Source of the DNA: Okamejei kenojei
Taxonomy: Eukaryota
Assembly (NCBI GenBank): GCA_035221665.1
Contig: CM069154.1
Location: 27,590,001-27,654,000, forward strand
DNA length: 64,000 nt
Reading direction: 5' to 3'
Each line of letters begins with the position of its first letter. The first letter of the stretch is position 1. The position numbers and the translations under genes were made by a program. This document shows, in pieces, positions 1-13,830 of the stretch. The notes beneath the pieces are model-generated. The model was not told the origin of the DNA. It was given only the letters and a program-made list of their open reading frames with translations, and did not search any database.

Positions 1-470
1 GCTGGTCTCTGAATTTCTCCTAGTCCTCTGGTAGGCTGCTTTTTCTGGCTACTTTGTATGCATCATCCTTTGCTTTGATACTATCCCTGATTTCCCTTGT
101 TATCCACGGATGCACTACCTTCCCTGATTTATTCTTTTGCCAAACTGGGGTGAACAATTTTTGTAGTTCATCCATGCAGTCTTTAAATGTCTTCCATTGC
201 ATATCCACCGTCAACCCTTTTAGAATTAATTGCCAGTCAATCTTGGCCAATTCATGTCTCATACCCTCAAAGTTACCCTTTCTTTAAGTTCAGAACCATT
301 GTTTCTGAATTAACAATGTCACTCTACATCCTAATGAAGAACTCAACCATATTATGGTCACTCTTGAAAAATTATCACTAATGCATCCACTATTTCTGTG
401 GCTACTTCTTTGAGTACTCTGGGATGCAGACTATCTGGCCCTGGGGATTTATCGGCCTTTAATCCATGGG
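1..470 (-). mobile_element. CR1-clade LINE ORF2 fragment
   Basis: Minus ORF 20..262 (IDWQLILKGLTVDMQWKTFK...HPWITREIRDSIKAK) resembles the CR1 ORF2 linker between endonuclease and RT; an adjacent GPDSLHPRVLKEVA-like segment lies at ~395-445. Confidence 0.75.
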
Positions 471-3400
471 GTATCTACCCCATGAAGCCCTCCAAAAATA
501 TAATTTGCTGTAATCAGATCATCTCCTGTTCTTCTAAACTCCAGAGAATATAAAGGCAGTCTGTTTACTATCTCTGCAACTGATAAGCCTGCAATCCTAG
601 GAACTCATAAAGTGAACATTTACTGCAGTCAATCCTTTGCAAAGATTCCATGTCTCCATTTTGCAGAGATGTCCTTCCTTTGATGGGGCAACATGATTTG
701 TACACAATATTTCAGATGCGGTCCCACTAGACTTTATAAAATTTGAGTTAGGGGTCTCTATTTTTGTATTCGAAATCCTCCTCCAGAAAAACTAATCTGA
801 AGAAGGGTCTCAACCCAAAACGTTGTCTATTCATGTTCTCCAACGATGCTGTCTGACCCATTGAGTTACTCCAGCACTTTGTGCCTTTTTTTGTAAGCCA
901 GCATCTGCAGTTCCTAATGTCTTCAGGTCAACATTTAGGTTGTCTGTTAATTAGGTTAATTGCTTGTCTCACCTGCATACTAACTTTCAGAATTCTGTGC
1001 ACGAGAACATCCAGTTTTTGTACAACAACATCTTTTGAACTCTCAATGAAAAAATATTTCATCATCCAAAATGGACATTTCACATTTTTCTAGTTTATAA
1101 TTCATTTCCCATCTCCTTTAGTTTAGTTTTAGTTTAGTTTAGAGATACACCGTGGAGACAGGCACATTGTGTTTTGATGTGGAATATTTATTTCTACAAG
1201 GTCAGTTCATTTTCTTGCAAGTATTGCCATGTGATAGGTTTGCAAGCTAATAAAGTGAGATTATGCTTCAGATTATTACATAACACTCATTGATTGGCTT
1301 AAACTAAATATAAGACTGCCAATCAATTCTAGAAACAGACATTAGCAAATAAGGAAATGCTGATATAACTGCTGGTATCTTGCTTATACTTGCTGCCTGA
1401 CGTGCTGAGTTACTCCAGCATTTTGTTTTCTAAATAAATGAGGATTTCAACTCTCAGCAATGTAAAATGACACACCTTGTGCTAAGTTTGTAGGATAGTG
1501 TTAGTGTATGGGGATCGCTAGTCAGTGAGGTCTCAGTGGGCCGAAGGGCCTGTTCATCTGAACTAAACTAAACTAATGTGGCAATAAATTAAATGAATCT
1601 ACTTACAAGAGAACCCGAGTGACATCGGGCCAAAATGTGACAACTGTAGTGAACTGTGATCTGGAACCTGCTATCTAAAAGGGTGGTGAACCATATTTAA
1701 CATTTATAGTCAAAAAGGGCATGGGTAAATATTTTAAAAATATTTTCAAAAAGAGCCAAGGAGAAGGAGTAGGGACAGGGAGCCTGTAGACACTTCAGGC
1801 TAAATGTTCTCCCTCTGTGCTTCTGCGTGGCCTCCCTCTTTGAATCCCTGCAGACTTACATCCGAAGAGCAGTTTGGGGGGACCCGGTGTTGGGGGGGAG
1901 CCACCGAGAGAAAAAGGGGACCCGACGTGGGGTGGAGGGGGGGGGGGAATGAAGAAGGAACCAACATTACTGTAATTGTATATTTTGTTTCTTTGTCAGC
2001 GCCTTTGTAGTGACTCTTTTGTGTACTTTGTATGCATAAACAAATAATTTCAATGCACCTAGGTACCTATGACAATAAAGTATCGTCATCGTCACCATCA
2101 TTGCAACTTGGCTTTGCTACTTTCAATCCTCGGTTGATTTATGAGTCAGTATAAAATTAATGCTTTTCTCACCAATATCATATTTTTTATATCATGCCAA
2201 CACCCCTACACAGTTGGATTTCAGAACGGTTGAGACCGTTGGTCATCTGACCACGATACACAAGCAACTGTAACAGCAGTAATCATTCTATTTTCCTACT
2301 ATTTAACAAACCATTTGCTCTCTAAACTTTATTTTTTTTAGTCAATGGTATGAATACCGTTACAATACCGCTACAATCTGATTTACAAGGTGGAGGTGGT
2401 TCCGGCAGTCAGGAATGTGGAAAGCAGTAACCTCTTAAGTCAAAAAGTAAGTAAGGTAAAATCAAATATTTTTTTTTCAATATCAGTATTTCTACTAACA
2501 GTGGAGAATGCAGAAGGAGCCCAAAAAACACTCTGAAATAGGATTTCTGTCATAAATAAAATTTACGAGTTTATTGATAGAGTATGTAAACAAGCCTTTT
2601 GGCCCATCAGGTCCACATCAACCATGGATCACTAATTTACACTAGTTCTATGTTATCCAACTTTCCCATCCACTCGCTACACATTAACAGCAATTTACAG
2701 AGGCCAATTAACTGACAAAACTGCACGTCTTTGTGATGCAGGAGGAAATCAGAGTACCCAGAGAAAACCCATGTGGTCACAGGGAGAACCTGCAAACTCC
2801 ACACAGATGGCACCTGAGGTCAGAATCAAGTCAGAGTTTCTGGCGTTGTGAGGCAGCAGTTCTACCAGCTGCAGCACTGTGCTACCCGTATAATCTTATA
2901 ATTGTAGGTCTCAGAAGAAAAACTAGAATGAAGAACATTGTCAAGTTTTTTTTTAAGATTATGACAGTAAGCCAAAATCAATCAATCAATCATAGACTTT
3001 ATTGTCATTCAAAAATATACCAAGTCTGAACGAAATTTAGATGCATCTGTCTCACCGTGAAACATAAAATAACAAAATGATAAAATAGATAAAATGATAA
3101 AATAGACAAAAAGATAAAATAGTTAATAGTGGCGGCACATTATATGGAATTCAAGGGTCTGATGGCTCGGAGGAAAAAGCTGTTGCAAAACCTGGCCGTT
3201 CTGCCCCTTATACAGCGATACCTTTAGCCCGAGGGCAGCAGAGTGAATAGTCCATGATGGAGATGTGTGGAGTGTTTTATAATGCTGTTGGCCTTGGACA
3301 AGCAACGTTTGCACGCAATGTCCTGGATTGAAGGAAGAGAAGTCCCGATGATTTTTTCAATCAGGAATGAATTGGTTAATCAAAATGAGTGTTTGGAACA

Positions 3401-3877
3401 GGAAATATGCCCAACAAATCTTAGTATTAGCAGCTTTGGTGTAATTTCATAAACCACCATGGCACACTCCATCTGCACTTCATGCTGCCTCGGCAAGGTC
3501 CCAGTATAATTAAGGACTATTTTCATCCCAGTCACTCTCTTTTCTCCCCTCTGCCATCAGGGAAGTGGTAAAGAAGTTTGAAAACACATCCCTACAGATT
3601 CAAAGACAGTTTCTTCCCAGCTGTTATCAGGCGACTGAACGGCCCTCACATCAGCAAGAGTGCAGTCCTGACCTCCCATCTACCTCTATGTGTACTGTGG
3701 ACAGCTTGACTGTAATCATGTATAGTCTTTTTTATGACTGGATAGAACGCAAGTAAAACCTTTTCATTATACCACGGTACACGGTGCAATAATAAACAAA
3801 AATAAACTAAAGTTCAGCAAAATCTGTTACAAACAGCAGAATAGAAAATAGGGTGACGCGGTGCCACCGTGACAAGA

Positions 3878-4181
3878 GGGCATCACGGAGGTACAGCGGT
3901 AGAGTTGTTGCCTTACAGAGCCAGAGACCCGTGTTCGACCCTGACTATGGGTGCTCTCTGTACGGAGTTTGTATGCTCTCCCTGTGACCACGTGGGTTTT
4001 CTCCCGATGCCCTGGTTTCCCGCCACATTCCAAAGACATACAGGTTTGTATGCTTGATAGAATTGTAAATTGTCCCTAGTACGTAGGATAGTGTTAGTGT
4101 GCGGGGATCGCTGGTCGGCTTTGTCTCAGTGGGCTGAAGGGCCTGTTCCTGCACTGTGTATCTAAACTAAACTAAACTAAA
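3878..4181 (+). mobile_element. tRNA-derived SINE (HE1/V-SINE-like), near full length
   Basis: tRNA-like head (CAGCGGTAGAGTTG...GTTCGACCC), conserved core GGGTTTTCTCC...TTTCC..CACATTCCAAAGAC, and a (CTAAA)n tail. Confidence 0.8.
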
Positions 4182-4924
4182 AAGCTTGTGGTCTTTACTT
4201 TAAAACATCTAAGGTGCCCGAGGCATTGCATGATTGACATTGCAATTAACTACACATATACGATGTTACAGTTGAGGAACTCCTCATTGCACCATAGTTG
4301 TGTCTTTGCTACCACATCTCCAGAGTTTAAGGTGGATCATCTGCTAAGATATTGGCATCCACAAAATGTTATCAAAGCAGAAGTGAAGCGGCAGATATCA
4401 ATACAAATATTTGATCAGTTTTGATATTGCATTAAGCCAAACAGCTCAGATCAGTGCAGTAACTTTGCTTGCCAATTTCTTGGAGATTTGCACCTTAAAA
4501 AAACCCATTTCAATCCAATCTAAGTTTTTCAATCTTTTCATAGAGACAGTGAACTTGTGATGCGTGAAAACGAAAGTAACCTAGGTGTACACAAATGTAA
4601 AACTCTTAAAAGGTGGCTTTATCAGGTATCCATTCAGAGCAAATTATCTGACCACTGTTTGATATAGCATTCTCTACTCACCGCTTAAATACATATCAGT
4701 CCATTCAAGTTCAGAATTCAGATATTATGTGAAAATTGCTTTGCATCGTCGATTTTTGAAATGTGAAAATAAGAAATTGCTCTTACAGGCGGGTACAACA
4801 CCATCACATATCCATAAGCTGTTCATCCCCATTTTTTAGCCATGTGAAGTTAGTACTGAAGGCAAAGAACAATCGTTAATTGTTTAATTCAGAAATAACA
4901 ATTCCTCCAGTGTTGACACATAGC

Positions 4925-5200
4925 ACAGGGGCACAGCGGTAGAGTTGCTGCTTTACAGTGTCGGAGACCTGTGTTCGATCCTGAATAGGCGTGCTGTCTG
5001 TACGGAGTTCTCATGTTCTCCCTATGACCATGTGTGTTTTCTCTGGGTGCTCCAATTTCATTCTACATTCCAAAGACGTGCAGGCTTGTAGGTTAATTGG
5101 CTTCCATAAATTGCCCCCAGTGTATAGGATGCAAACTGAGATAATGGGTGATTGGACGAGGTGGGCCGTTGGGCCTGTTTCCATGCTGTATCTTTAAACT
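4925..5200 (+). mobile_element. HE1/V-SINE-like copy
   Basis: Same head, core and tail as 3878-4181. Confidence 0.75.
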
Positions 5201-5349
5201 GAAATAAACATACCGAAAATCAAAACCCGTCCTGAAACATTTACAAATTGTATTTTGAAAGGGGATAAACGTAAGTATTACAGTCAGAAAACAAATATTA
5301 TTTTTTAATGAAAAATATACATTGGAAGATTAGTAGCAGGATTCTGATG

Positions 5350-5940
5350 CGTATGGTATGCTTGCCTTCATTGCTAGAGGCATTGAATATAAGAGTCAGG
5401 AAATCATGAAGCAGCTCTATAGGATTATGGTTAGGCACATTTGGAGCATTGCATGCAGTTCTGGTCGCCAAATTACAGGAAAGATGTGGGCAGGCTTTGG
5501 AAAGGGTGCAGAGGAGACTGGATTAGAGGGTTTCAGCCACATGAAGAGATTGGATAGATTTGGATTATTTTCTCTGGAATGTTGGAGGTTGAGGGGACAC
5601 GATAGAAGTATATACAATTCTAAGAGGCTTGTATATAGTCAGAAACGTTTTCCTACAACACTAGAGGCCACAGCTATAAACTGAGAGGAGGTTTGTTTAA
5701 TGGAGAAATGCAGGGCAGGTATTTTACACAGAGAATGGTGGGGGCCTGAAATTCATTGCCTGAGGTGGTGGTGGGGCCGATACGATAGTGGAGAGAGGCA
5801 CATGGAAGTGCAGAGAATAGAGGGCTATGGATCATGTACAGGCAGATAAGATCAGTTTAATTTGGCATTATATTTGGCACAAACATTATGAGGTGAAGGG
5901 CTAATTTCCTGTGCTGTACTGTTCTATGTTCTATGTTCTA
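5350..5940 (+). mobile_element. CR1 LINE 3' fragment
   Basis: ORF MLAFIARGIEYKSQEIMKQLY...LDRFGLFSLE is the typical CR1 ORF2 C-terminus; (TTCTATG)n tail at ~5920-5940. Confidence 0.8.
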
Positions 5941-6269
5941 AGTATTATTAGAGATCAAATTCCGGTATGAAGGTCATTAAGCAAGGACTGAAAGAAACAC
6001 AGTGAAAAACATTATTATCACAGTTTGTGAAATTAATGCCTCATTTTCATAGAAATGCAATTTTGCTACATACATGATTGACTTTTGGCATCGGCTAAAA
6101 ATGCAGAAAAATAGTTCAGTCTTCCAGCTGCGTCTTATTATCACTTGAAAGCATATTCAGTGGAAGATTGTTTATCTCACAGACAGAACTGGAAAAATGT
6201 CAATCATCAAAGAGGAATAACTTCATTTAAAATATCGATTAAATGCCAACAGATCTCAAATGTAAAACA

Positions 6270-7215
6270 ACTTTTGTTGACTACAGCTCGGCATTAAATC
6301 CATCATCCCCTCCAAGCTGGTTACCAAGCTCTCAGATCTGGGTCTCTGCGCATCCCTCTGCAATTGTATCCTCGACTTCCTCATTCACAGACTACAGTCT
6401 GTCTTTATTGGTGGAAATGTGTCATCCTCGATAACAATCAGCATGGGAGCACCTCAAGGCTGCGTGCTCAGCCCCCTGCTTTACTCACTCTATACTCATG
6501 ACTGCCTAGCCAGACATAGTGCAAACACCATCATCAAGTTCGCTGATGACCACTCTGTTGTAGGACATATCACTGATGGGGACGAGTAAAGAACTTCAAA
6601 TTCCTTTGCGTGCATAGATCTCTCCTGGTCCCAGCACACTGATGCAATTATGAAGAAAGCACATCAGCGCCTCTACTTCCTGAGAAGATTACGGAGAGTC
6701 GGTATGTCAAGGAGGACTCTCTCGATCTTCTACTGGTGCACAGTAGAGAGCATGCTGACCCATTGCATTGTGGCTTGGTTCGGCAACTTGAGCATCCAGG
6801 AACGGAAACGGCTGCAAACACTGCCCAGGCCATCACTGGCTCTGACCTCCCTACCATCGAGGGGATCTATCGCAGTCGCTGCCTCAAAAAGGCTGCCAAC
6901 ATCATCGAGGACCCATACCATCCTGGCCGCACACTCATATCTCCGCTGCCATCAGGTAGAAGGTACAGAAGCCTGAAATCTGCAACATCCCAGGTTCAGG
7001 AACAGCTTCTTCCCCACAGCCATCACACTATTAAACACAAACTCTGAACTATAACAGCCAATTGCACTTTATCTGTTTATTTATGTGTATATATATGGTC
7101 TATGGTATATAGACACACTGATCTGTTCTGTATTTATGCCTATAATACTCTGTTGTGCTGCAGCAAGGAAGAATTTCATTGTCCTATCTGGGACACATGA
7201 CAATAAACTCTCTTG
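6270..7215 (+). mobile_element. Rex1/Babar-like LINE 3' fragment (degenerate RT)
   Basis: Frameshifted RT motifs FVDYSSA, GAPQGCVLSPLLYSLYTHDC, KFADD, then KKAHQRLYFLRRL; ends ATGACAATAAA. Confidence 0.75.
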
Positions 7216-8468
7216 ACCTAAAATAATGCATAAACAGGGAATAAAAAACCATTGCTTGTGCAAACTATGTATAACACCATTGAAGGTAAATATTTAATAT
7301 ATATGCAGTTTTGCAGTGGTGTTCACCAGGATATTTATAAATAGTTGCAGAAATATGCGTGACTTCATCTGAATATCTAACAAGGTTTTAACCTTTCTGG
7401 AAAAATAGATTAATGAATATTACAGTTTAAAATATGAATGAATATTACAGTCAAAGATACAATAAATATTACAGTTGGAGCATTTTTATTTTCATAAATT
7501 ATTCACATTAAATGATTTCAGAGAATATCTCTGCTTCCTTAAATTACAACGTGTGTACTGATGTTTATTAATAAATCCGATTTTTAAGAGGAATTGAAAT
7601 ATTTCCACCAGTTAGATAATTCAATAAAAGGTTACATTTTTGTTTGGAGAGCCAAGGAACTGCAGATAGAGTCATAGAGAGAGTCATAGAGTCAAACAAC
7701 ATGGAAACTGGCCCTTTGACCCAACTTGCCTACGCCGACCACCATCCCCTATCTACACTAGTCCCACCTGCCTGCGCTTGGCCCATATCCCTCTAAACAT
7801 ATCCTATTTATGGACCTGTCTAAATGTTTCTTAACCATTGTGATAGTACTTGCCTTAACAACTGCGGACATCTTGTGTAGAACACAACGTACTGGAGTAC
7901 TCAGATGGCCAGGCAGCATCTCTGGAGGACAGGGATAGGTGATTTGAAACATCGGCAGTCCATGTCCTCCAGAGAGGCTACCACCCTTGCTGAGTTACTC
8001 CAGCACTCTGTGCTCATCTTTTTATTTATTGCTTGCAGCATTGCAAACTTTTCATTTCTCTTTTGAACCTTTAAATAAAAATGGTAAATTATGGTAAAAA
8101 TGGTAAATTGGATTTCTATCTTTTTAAAACTATGCCAATCAAAATAACAGGGAGGATTTTAACCTACCCTGCCTTATATGGACTAATGTAATCTAACGGG
8201 TTACCTAGTTGTAGCTTAATTCATTATCGTCACGTGTATCAAGGTATAGTGATAAACGTTTGTTTGCGTACTATCCAGTAAAAGAAAAGACTATGCATGA
8301 TTTCAATCAATCCATCCACAGTGTACAGATACAGGACAAAGGGCATAATGTTTAGTGCAAGATAAAATCCAGTAAAGTCCGATACATTCAAATGAGGTAG
8401 ACGGTAAGTCAGGACGGCACTCTAGTGGTTGCCTGATAACAACCTTTTTGCCCCAGTTGTTTCCCAGT

Positions 8469-8471
<3 letters not shown>

Positions 8472-8518
<47 letters not shown>
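8472..8518. repeat. (AC)n microsatellite
   Basis: Perfect AC dinucleotide run immediately upstream of the Helitron 5' end. Confidence 0.95.
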
Positions 8519-8519
<1 letters not shown>

Positions 8520-8924
8520 CTATATAACTAAAAGTCTCATCTTGACGACTTCTTGTCTGCGCTGTATATTGATTTTAGAAAAAATGGTACTATATATCAC
8601 TATGATTTTTGGCCATCTTACTCACAATCCTCCTAAGGCAACCCTGAGGATTTTTCCGATCGATGAAAAAAAAAAGTTATGAGTGTTTAAAAAATCTTGA
8701 GATCAGCTGATTGGTCCTCTCGCCTGTCAATCACCACAACAAAGGTAGTGCCCCTTCTGAGGGGGCAGGACTATAAAACCCCGGATGCCTGGATGTGAGT
8801 CAGTCACTCTGGAAGATCATGAGGGAGAGTCCACAACTGTGATTCTAAGCTGTGAATCAACTGAGTCCGCAATGTCCTTGCAATAAATGATTTGTTAGCC
8901 CTTAATGACAAAGCAATGAGTTGT

Positions 8925-9085
8925 TTGGCAATTTGGTGGCTTGCACCCTGCCTGAAATGCTATGAAATTGAATTTGGTGGCCTGCATACTGCCTGAAATG
9001 CTATGAAATTGAATTTGGTGGCCTGCACTATGTTTGGAATACTATGAAATTGAATTTGGTGGCCTGCATTCTGCTTGAAATGGAA
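8925..9085. repeat. ~40-bp minisatellite inside Helitron copy 1
   Basis: About 4 copies of TGAAATGCTATGAAATTGAATTTGGTGGCCTGCA.... Confidence 0.85.
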
Positions 9086-9104
9086 TTTCAAGGAATAGCC
9101 ATGT

Positions 9105-9420
9105 GAACTGCCAGCCCACCAGCCCTGAATGACTGATCTGCCAGCCCACCAGCCCTGAGTGAGTGAGCTGCCAGCCCACCAGCCCTGAGTGACTGAGCTG
9201 CCAACACACCAGCTCTGAGTGACTGAGCTGCCAGCCCACCAGGCTTGAGTGACTGAGGGGCTGCCAGCCCACCAGGCCTGAGTGACTGAGCTGCCAACCC
9301 ACCAGCCCTGGGTGACTGAGCTGCCAGCCCACCAGGCCAGAGTGACTGAGCTGCCAGCCCACCAAGCCTGAGTGACTGTGCTGCCAGCCCACCAGGCCTG
9401 AGTGACTGAGCTGCCAGCCC
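9105..9420. repeat. 30-bp minisatellite inside Helitron copy 1
   Basis: About 10 copies of CTGAGTGACTGAGCTGCCAGCCCACCAGGC. Confidence 0.95.
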
Positions 9421-11732
9421 AAGGATCCATTCAGCGCACAATGTCCATACTATCCCTCTGGAAACGAGTCCCTTTGGCCCACAACACCCATACTAGCGGT
9501 CCAAACCCCACCTCGCACTGGCCACAAATATTGGAATTGGTGGAGAGGTGGAATATTGCATTAGGGCACCAGCCCTCCCATGTGAACATGGGACCCAACA
9601 CAGGGTCTCGACCCGAAACGTCGCCTATCTCCTTCGCTCCTTAGATGCTGCTGCACCCGCTGAGTTTCTCCAGCTTTTTGTGTACCCACATATATATATA
9701 GTTTTGTTTTTCATTGTTCTGTTTGGGACAAATTACAATAAAACACTCTTGATTCTTGACCCTTAGTCAACAGATGTAAATTAGGTTGCATCTCCCATAT
9801 GAAAAAAGCATAAAATATTAAAATCAGCATAGCCTGCCTAGCTCTGAAACACAAGCTAGACGGCATATCACACTGAACATCTAATTGCACCGTCATGTGA
9901 ACTTATATGGCTGTTCTCTCCATGAAATGAATCCCACTCAAGGTTGCTTTCAAAATTTCATGGATCTGCTAAAGATATTCTCTTCAGCTCAGTATGACTC
10001 TTCAATTCCGTATGCAAGTCACGTAGGAATGCACCTTTACTGCTCAATAGTTTAAACAGCAAAGGAATGAAACTATTGTAATATACTTGTGCATGTAGAA
10101 CTTGCTATAGTTACAAGTGCTGCATACTTGTTGTCCTGTATATTACAGAAGGTGGACTGAATGAAATGTAGGGATGGACCACTAAATTAATTTTATATAG
10201 ATGACAAAAATATGTCCTTCCAATTGAAATATGTCAAGGTATAATGACTCCCAATATAAACTTGATAAAGATGTGCTTGTCAAAATTCTAGGCAGATGTC
10301 ATGTAAAATCTAACTTCCCAGACCACTTTAGCATTAAGCAGCAATGGGTCAGACTACCAGTCATACATTGCTGGCTTACATTAGGCCTGATTTAAAATCT
10401 GTAAAATACTCAGGCCAGGAGCTCTGTACGGTGTGCAAGAATACCAGGTGGCAGTGGCACAGTTCGTGCTGCTGCCTCACAGCGCCAGAGACCTGGGTTC
10501 AAAGTTGACCTCAGGTGCACTCTGCGAGGAGTTCTAAGTTATCCCACTTTTTCATCCACTCGCTAAACACAAGCGACAATTTACAGAGGCTAATTAACCT
10601 ACAAACCCGAGATAGGCAAAAAGTGCTGGAGTAACTCAGCGGGTCAGTCGGCATCTCTGGAGAAAATAAGATGGGTCCCGATGCGAACTGTCACCTATCC
10701 TTTTTCTCCAGATACGCTGCCTGACCCGCTGAAATACACCAGCATCTTGTGTCTATTTTTGGTATAAGCTAGCATCTATCCAGTCAATGGAAAGATTATA
10801 GAACAGTACAATCATCCACAGTGTACAGATACAGGATAAGGGAATAACATTTGGTGCAAGATAAAGACCAGTAAAGTTTGATTAAAGATAGCCCAAGGGT
10901 CTAGAGTGGTAGATGGTAGGTCAGGACCACTCTAGTTTTGATAGGATGGTTCAGTTGCCTAATGACAGCTGGGTAGAAAATGTCCCTGAATCTGGAGGTG
11001 TGCGTTTTCAAACTTCTGTACCTTTTGCCAGATGGGAGAGGGGAGAAGAGGGAGTGACCAAGGTGAGACTCGTCTTTGATTATGATGGTGGCCTTGCTGA
11101 GGCAGTGTGAAGTGTAGATGGACTAACCTTGACTAATCTTGGTTGGCGTGGATGAGTTGAGCTGAAGGGCCAGTTCTGCATGACTCTAACTTAACAAGTG
11201 AGTAAAGGCAGATGTCGGAGACAGCTGTGGACAGCCTTCAGTGCAAGGTTGGCTCGGCTAGTTTTAGTTGCTGTGACTTGAAGCCACCAATGATGAGGAG
11301 GAAAAGTGGACACATCGACCATGAACATGGAACCAGGCGGATGCCTGCGTGCAGTGAATTGAAGAATCCAACGCCGAATACCATCTGCACCATATGGCAG
11401 CGCATAGTTTGGGAACATGCTGGAGGTCACATCTTTGCCCATCTCATCACTTGCTTAGCCCTTTGACTTCACCTGGTCTCCACCAGTGTTCTGAGCTGAG
11501 GGTGCAGAAGAAAATCTCTCTGAGTTTTACAGCCAAAGCTTGTGCTTCAAGCAAGCCCCATACACTTTAATTGAGTCGCAGATTTTATTTAAATAATATG
11601 TCCGTGTTAACATTTTATTAAATGTTTTTAAATGTTATTAAGTATTTAAATCATTTTAAAATAAACATTATTCTCTTGAATGTCAGAAGCAGAGGGGAGA
11701 TCCAATAATAGTATATAGAAGTATGAGAGACA

Positions 11733-12003
11733 GGGGTGGCATGGTGGTGCAGCGGTAGAGTTGCTGCCTTACAGTGCCAGAGACCCGGGTTCAATCCTGA
11801 CTAGGGGTTGTTGTCTGTGTCGAGTTTGTACGTTCTCCCCGTGAGTGCGTGGGTTTCCTTCAGGCACTCCGGTTTCCTCCAACACTCCAACGATGTACAG
11901 GTTTGTAGGTTACTTTGATTTGGTAAAATTATAAATTGTACCTAGTGTGTAGGGCAGTGCTAGTGTACGGGGTGATCATTGATCGGCACTGACTTGGTGG
12001 GCC
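11733..12003 (+). mobile_element. HE1/V-SINE-like copy
   Basis: Head GGTGGCATGGTGGTGCAGCGGTAGAG...GGTTCAATCC plus the conserved core. Confidence 0.75.
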
Positions 12004-13539
12004 TCAAATCCTGGTGCCATAGATACAACACTCAGGGAAAACATGTCATAGAAAAATGAGCTCAGGCTCCAGTGAGATTCTTCCTTTCCATTTGCAATTT
12101 TCTCACGTGGAATGTAGTCAGCCATACATCGTTGCTCTTGACATCCTGTCCACCAGAGGTTTTAGTGGAATGCAGCCAATTTACAGTGTAATGCTCAGCT
12201 GATTTGTTTGAATTACTCTCCATTCCTTTGCTCCAATGTCAGACTGCTTATGACAGGAATGGTTTCACAGCTGTTTCCAATATTTACAATATAGGAAACC
12301 TAGTCAGAAATTGCGTTGAGTTATCATCAGCGGTGTAAGTGACTTATTCATGAGGGTATTACTTTAAAGATAGATATCAAGAATATCTAGAGATCTAAAC
12401 TACTATTACAGGTAATATCATATTGTTTAAGAAACAATTTTGTTTAGGCAGGTACATGGATAGGACAGGTTTAGATGAATATGGGCCAAATACAGGCAGG
12501 TGGGACTAATGTAGATGGGGCATGTTAGTCGTTGTGGGCAATTTGGGCCGAAGGGTCTGTTTCCATGTTGTCTGACTATGACTCTAACTCCTTATGTGTT
12601 TATTGATTCTTTACACTAGTTTAGAGATATAGCATGAAAACAGGCCCTTCGGCCCACCGAGTCACCACTGACCATCAAGCACTCGTTCTCTATGTTATCC
12701 CATTTTCGCATTCCCTGCACCCTAGGTGCAGTTTACCGTGGGCCAAATAACCTGCAAACCCACACATCTTTGGAATGTGGGTGGAAACCAGGGCGCCCTG
12801 AGGAAACCCATGCAGTCACAGGGAGAATGTGCAAACTCCATACAGACAGCACCCGAGGTCAGGATCGAACCTGGTGTCTCTGGTGCTGTGAGGCAGCAGC
12901 TCTACCTGCTGCACCATCAATGACAAAAGAATGACATAAAAATGGAAAGTGGTGATAATTGTGGTGAGGTACTAGAAATACAGTTAAGAAAATAATATTG
13001 GGGATTTTTTTCTGGAACTTTTTAGACTTAAAATAACATGGAAACAGGCCCTTTGGCCCACCAAGTCCACCCCGACCAGTGATCACCCTGTAGACTAACA
13101 CTATCTTGCACACTAGGGGCAATTTACAATTTACAGAAGCCAATTAACTTGCAAACCTGTAACTCTTCTGATGTAGTTGGAAACCGGAGCTGCACTCGCA
13201 GTCACAGGGTGAATGTACAAACTCCGTACACATAGCACCCATAGTCAGGATCGATCCTGTTTTTCTGGTGCTGTAAATCAGCACCTCTACCGCGGCACCA
13301 CTGTGCCACCCACTGTGTCAAGATACCTCGACAAGTTAACTTGTCATGGCAAAGTGAAGAATTGCAGAGGGCTGATTATAAAAGAAGTTCAGTCATAAGT
13401 TGCATTGCAGAGAGAGTGGGGTATCTGGGGAATTGTAATGTTCATCGATTAGTTGGTAACAAACTTGCCTATGAAGCTAACGTTTATGGTGCAAGCCCTT
13501 CTCCATTGATTTCAGCCTAAAAATCTAGGTGGGAACTCA

Positions 13540-13830
13540 AATAAAGTATTGAGACAGAACTGCATATTTGGAGATACTTTCTTGCACTAAAGTTGCACCT
13601 GGTCTCTCAGATGAAAGATATACAAGATCCTGTAATACAATTTCAAAATGTAGTTATCCCCAATGCACTGTTAACATTTATTCCTCAGTTTTTCTAAAAC
13701 AGATAATTTGACTTGTGGCAGGATTTTAATTTTCTAACTTAAATCATTGATTACAGTATATCTCAACAATGTTTCATTAGCTGTGAAGAGCATTGGGATG
13801 CTTGAAAGGTAATGGGAAGGCTCTACATGG
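13540..13830 (+). mobile_element. Old Deu-domain SINE remnant (SacSINE1/AmnSINE-like)
   Basis: Diverged matches to the recalled consensus: CTCTCAGATG..AAGATCC, ATTTATTCCTCA..CTAAAACAGAT, TTCATTAGCTGTGAAGAGCATTGGGATG. Confidence 0.45.

Larger units (their letters stand above)
8519..9599 (+). mobile_element. Non-autonomous Helitron-like element, copy 1 (3' truncated)
   Basis: Starts A|TCTATATAACTAAAAGTCTCATCTTGAC (Helitron 5'-TC after host A). Colinear with 17596-19967. Contains internal minisatellites. Ends at GGGACCCAAC, where a Penelope-type piece begins. Confidence 0.7.

Noticed and set aside
3878-3950. SINE heads as tRNA genes
   Set aside because: The A/B-box heads continue into the SINE core and tail; no complete cloverleaf.
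8960-9441. Repetitive ORFs (WWAGSSVTQA etc.) in three frames
   Set aside because: By-products of a 30-bp minisatellite inside a Helitron; no coding evidence.
11191-11466. Overlapping 83-84-aa ORFs in unique sequence
   Set aside because: No recognisable homology or convincing splice sites.
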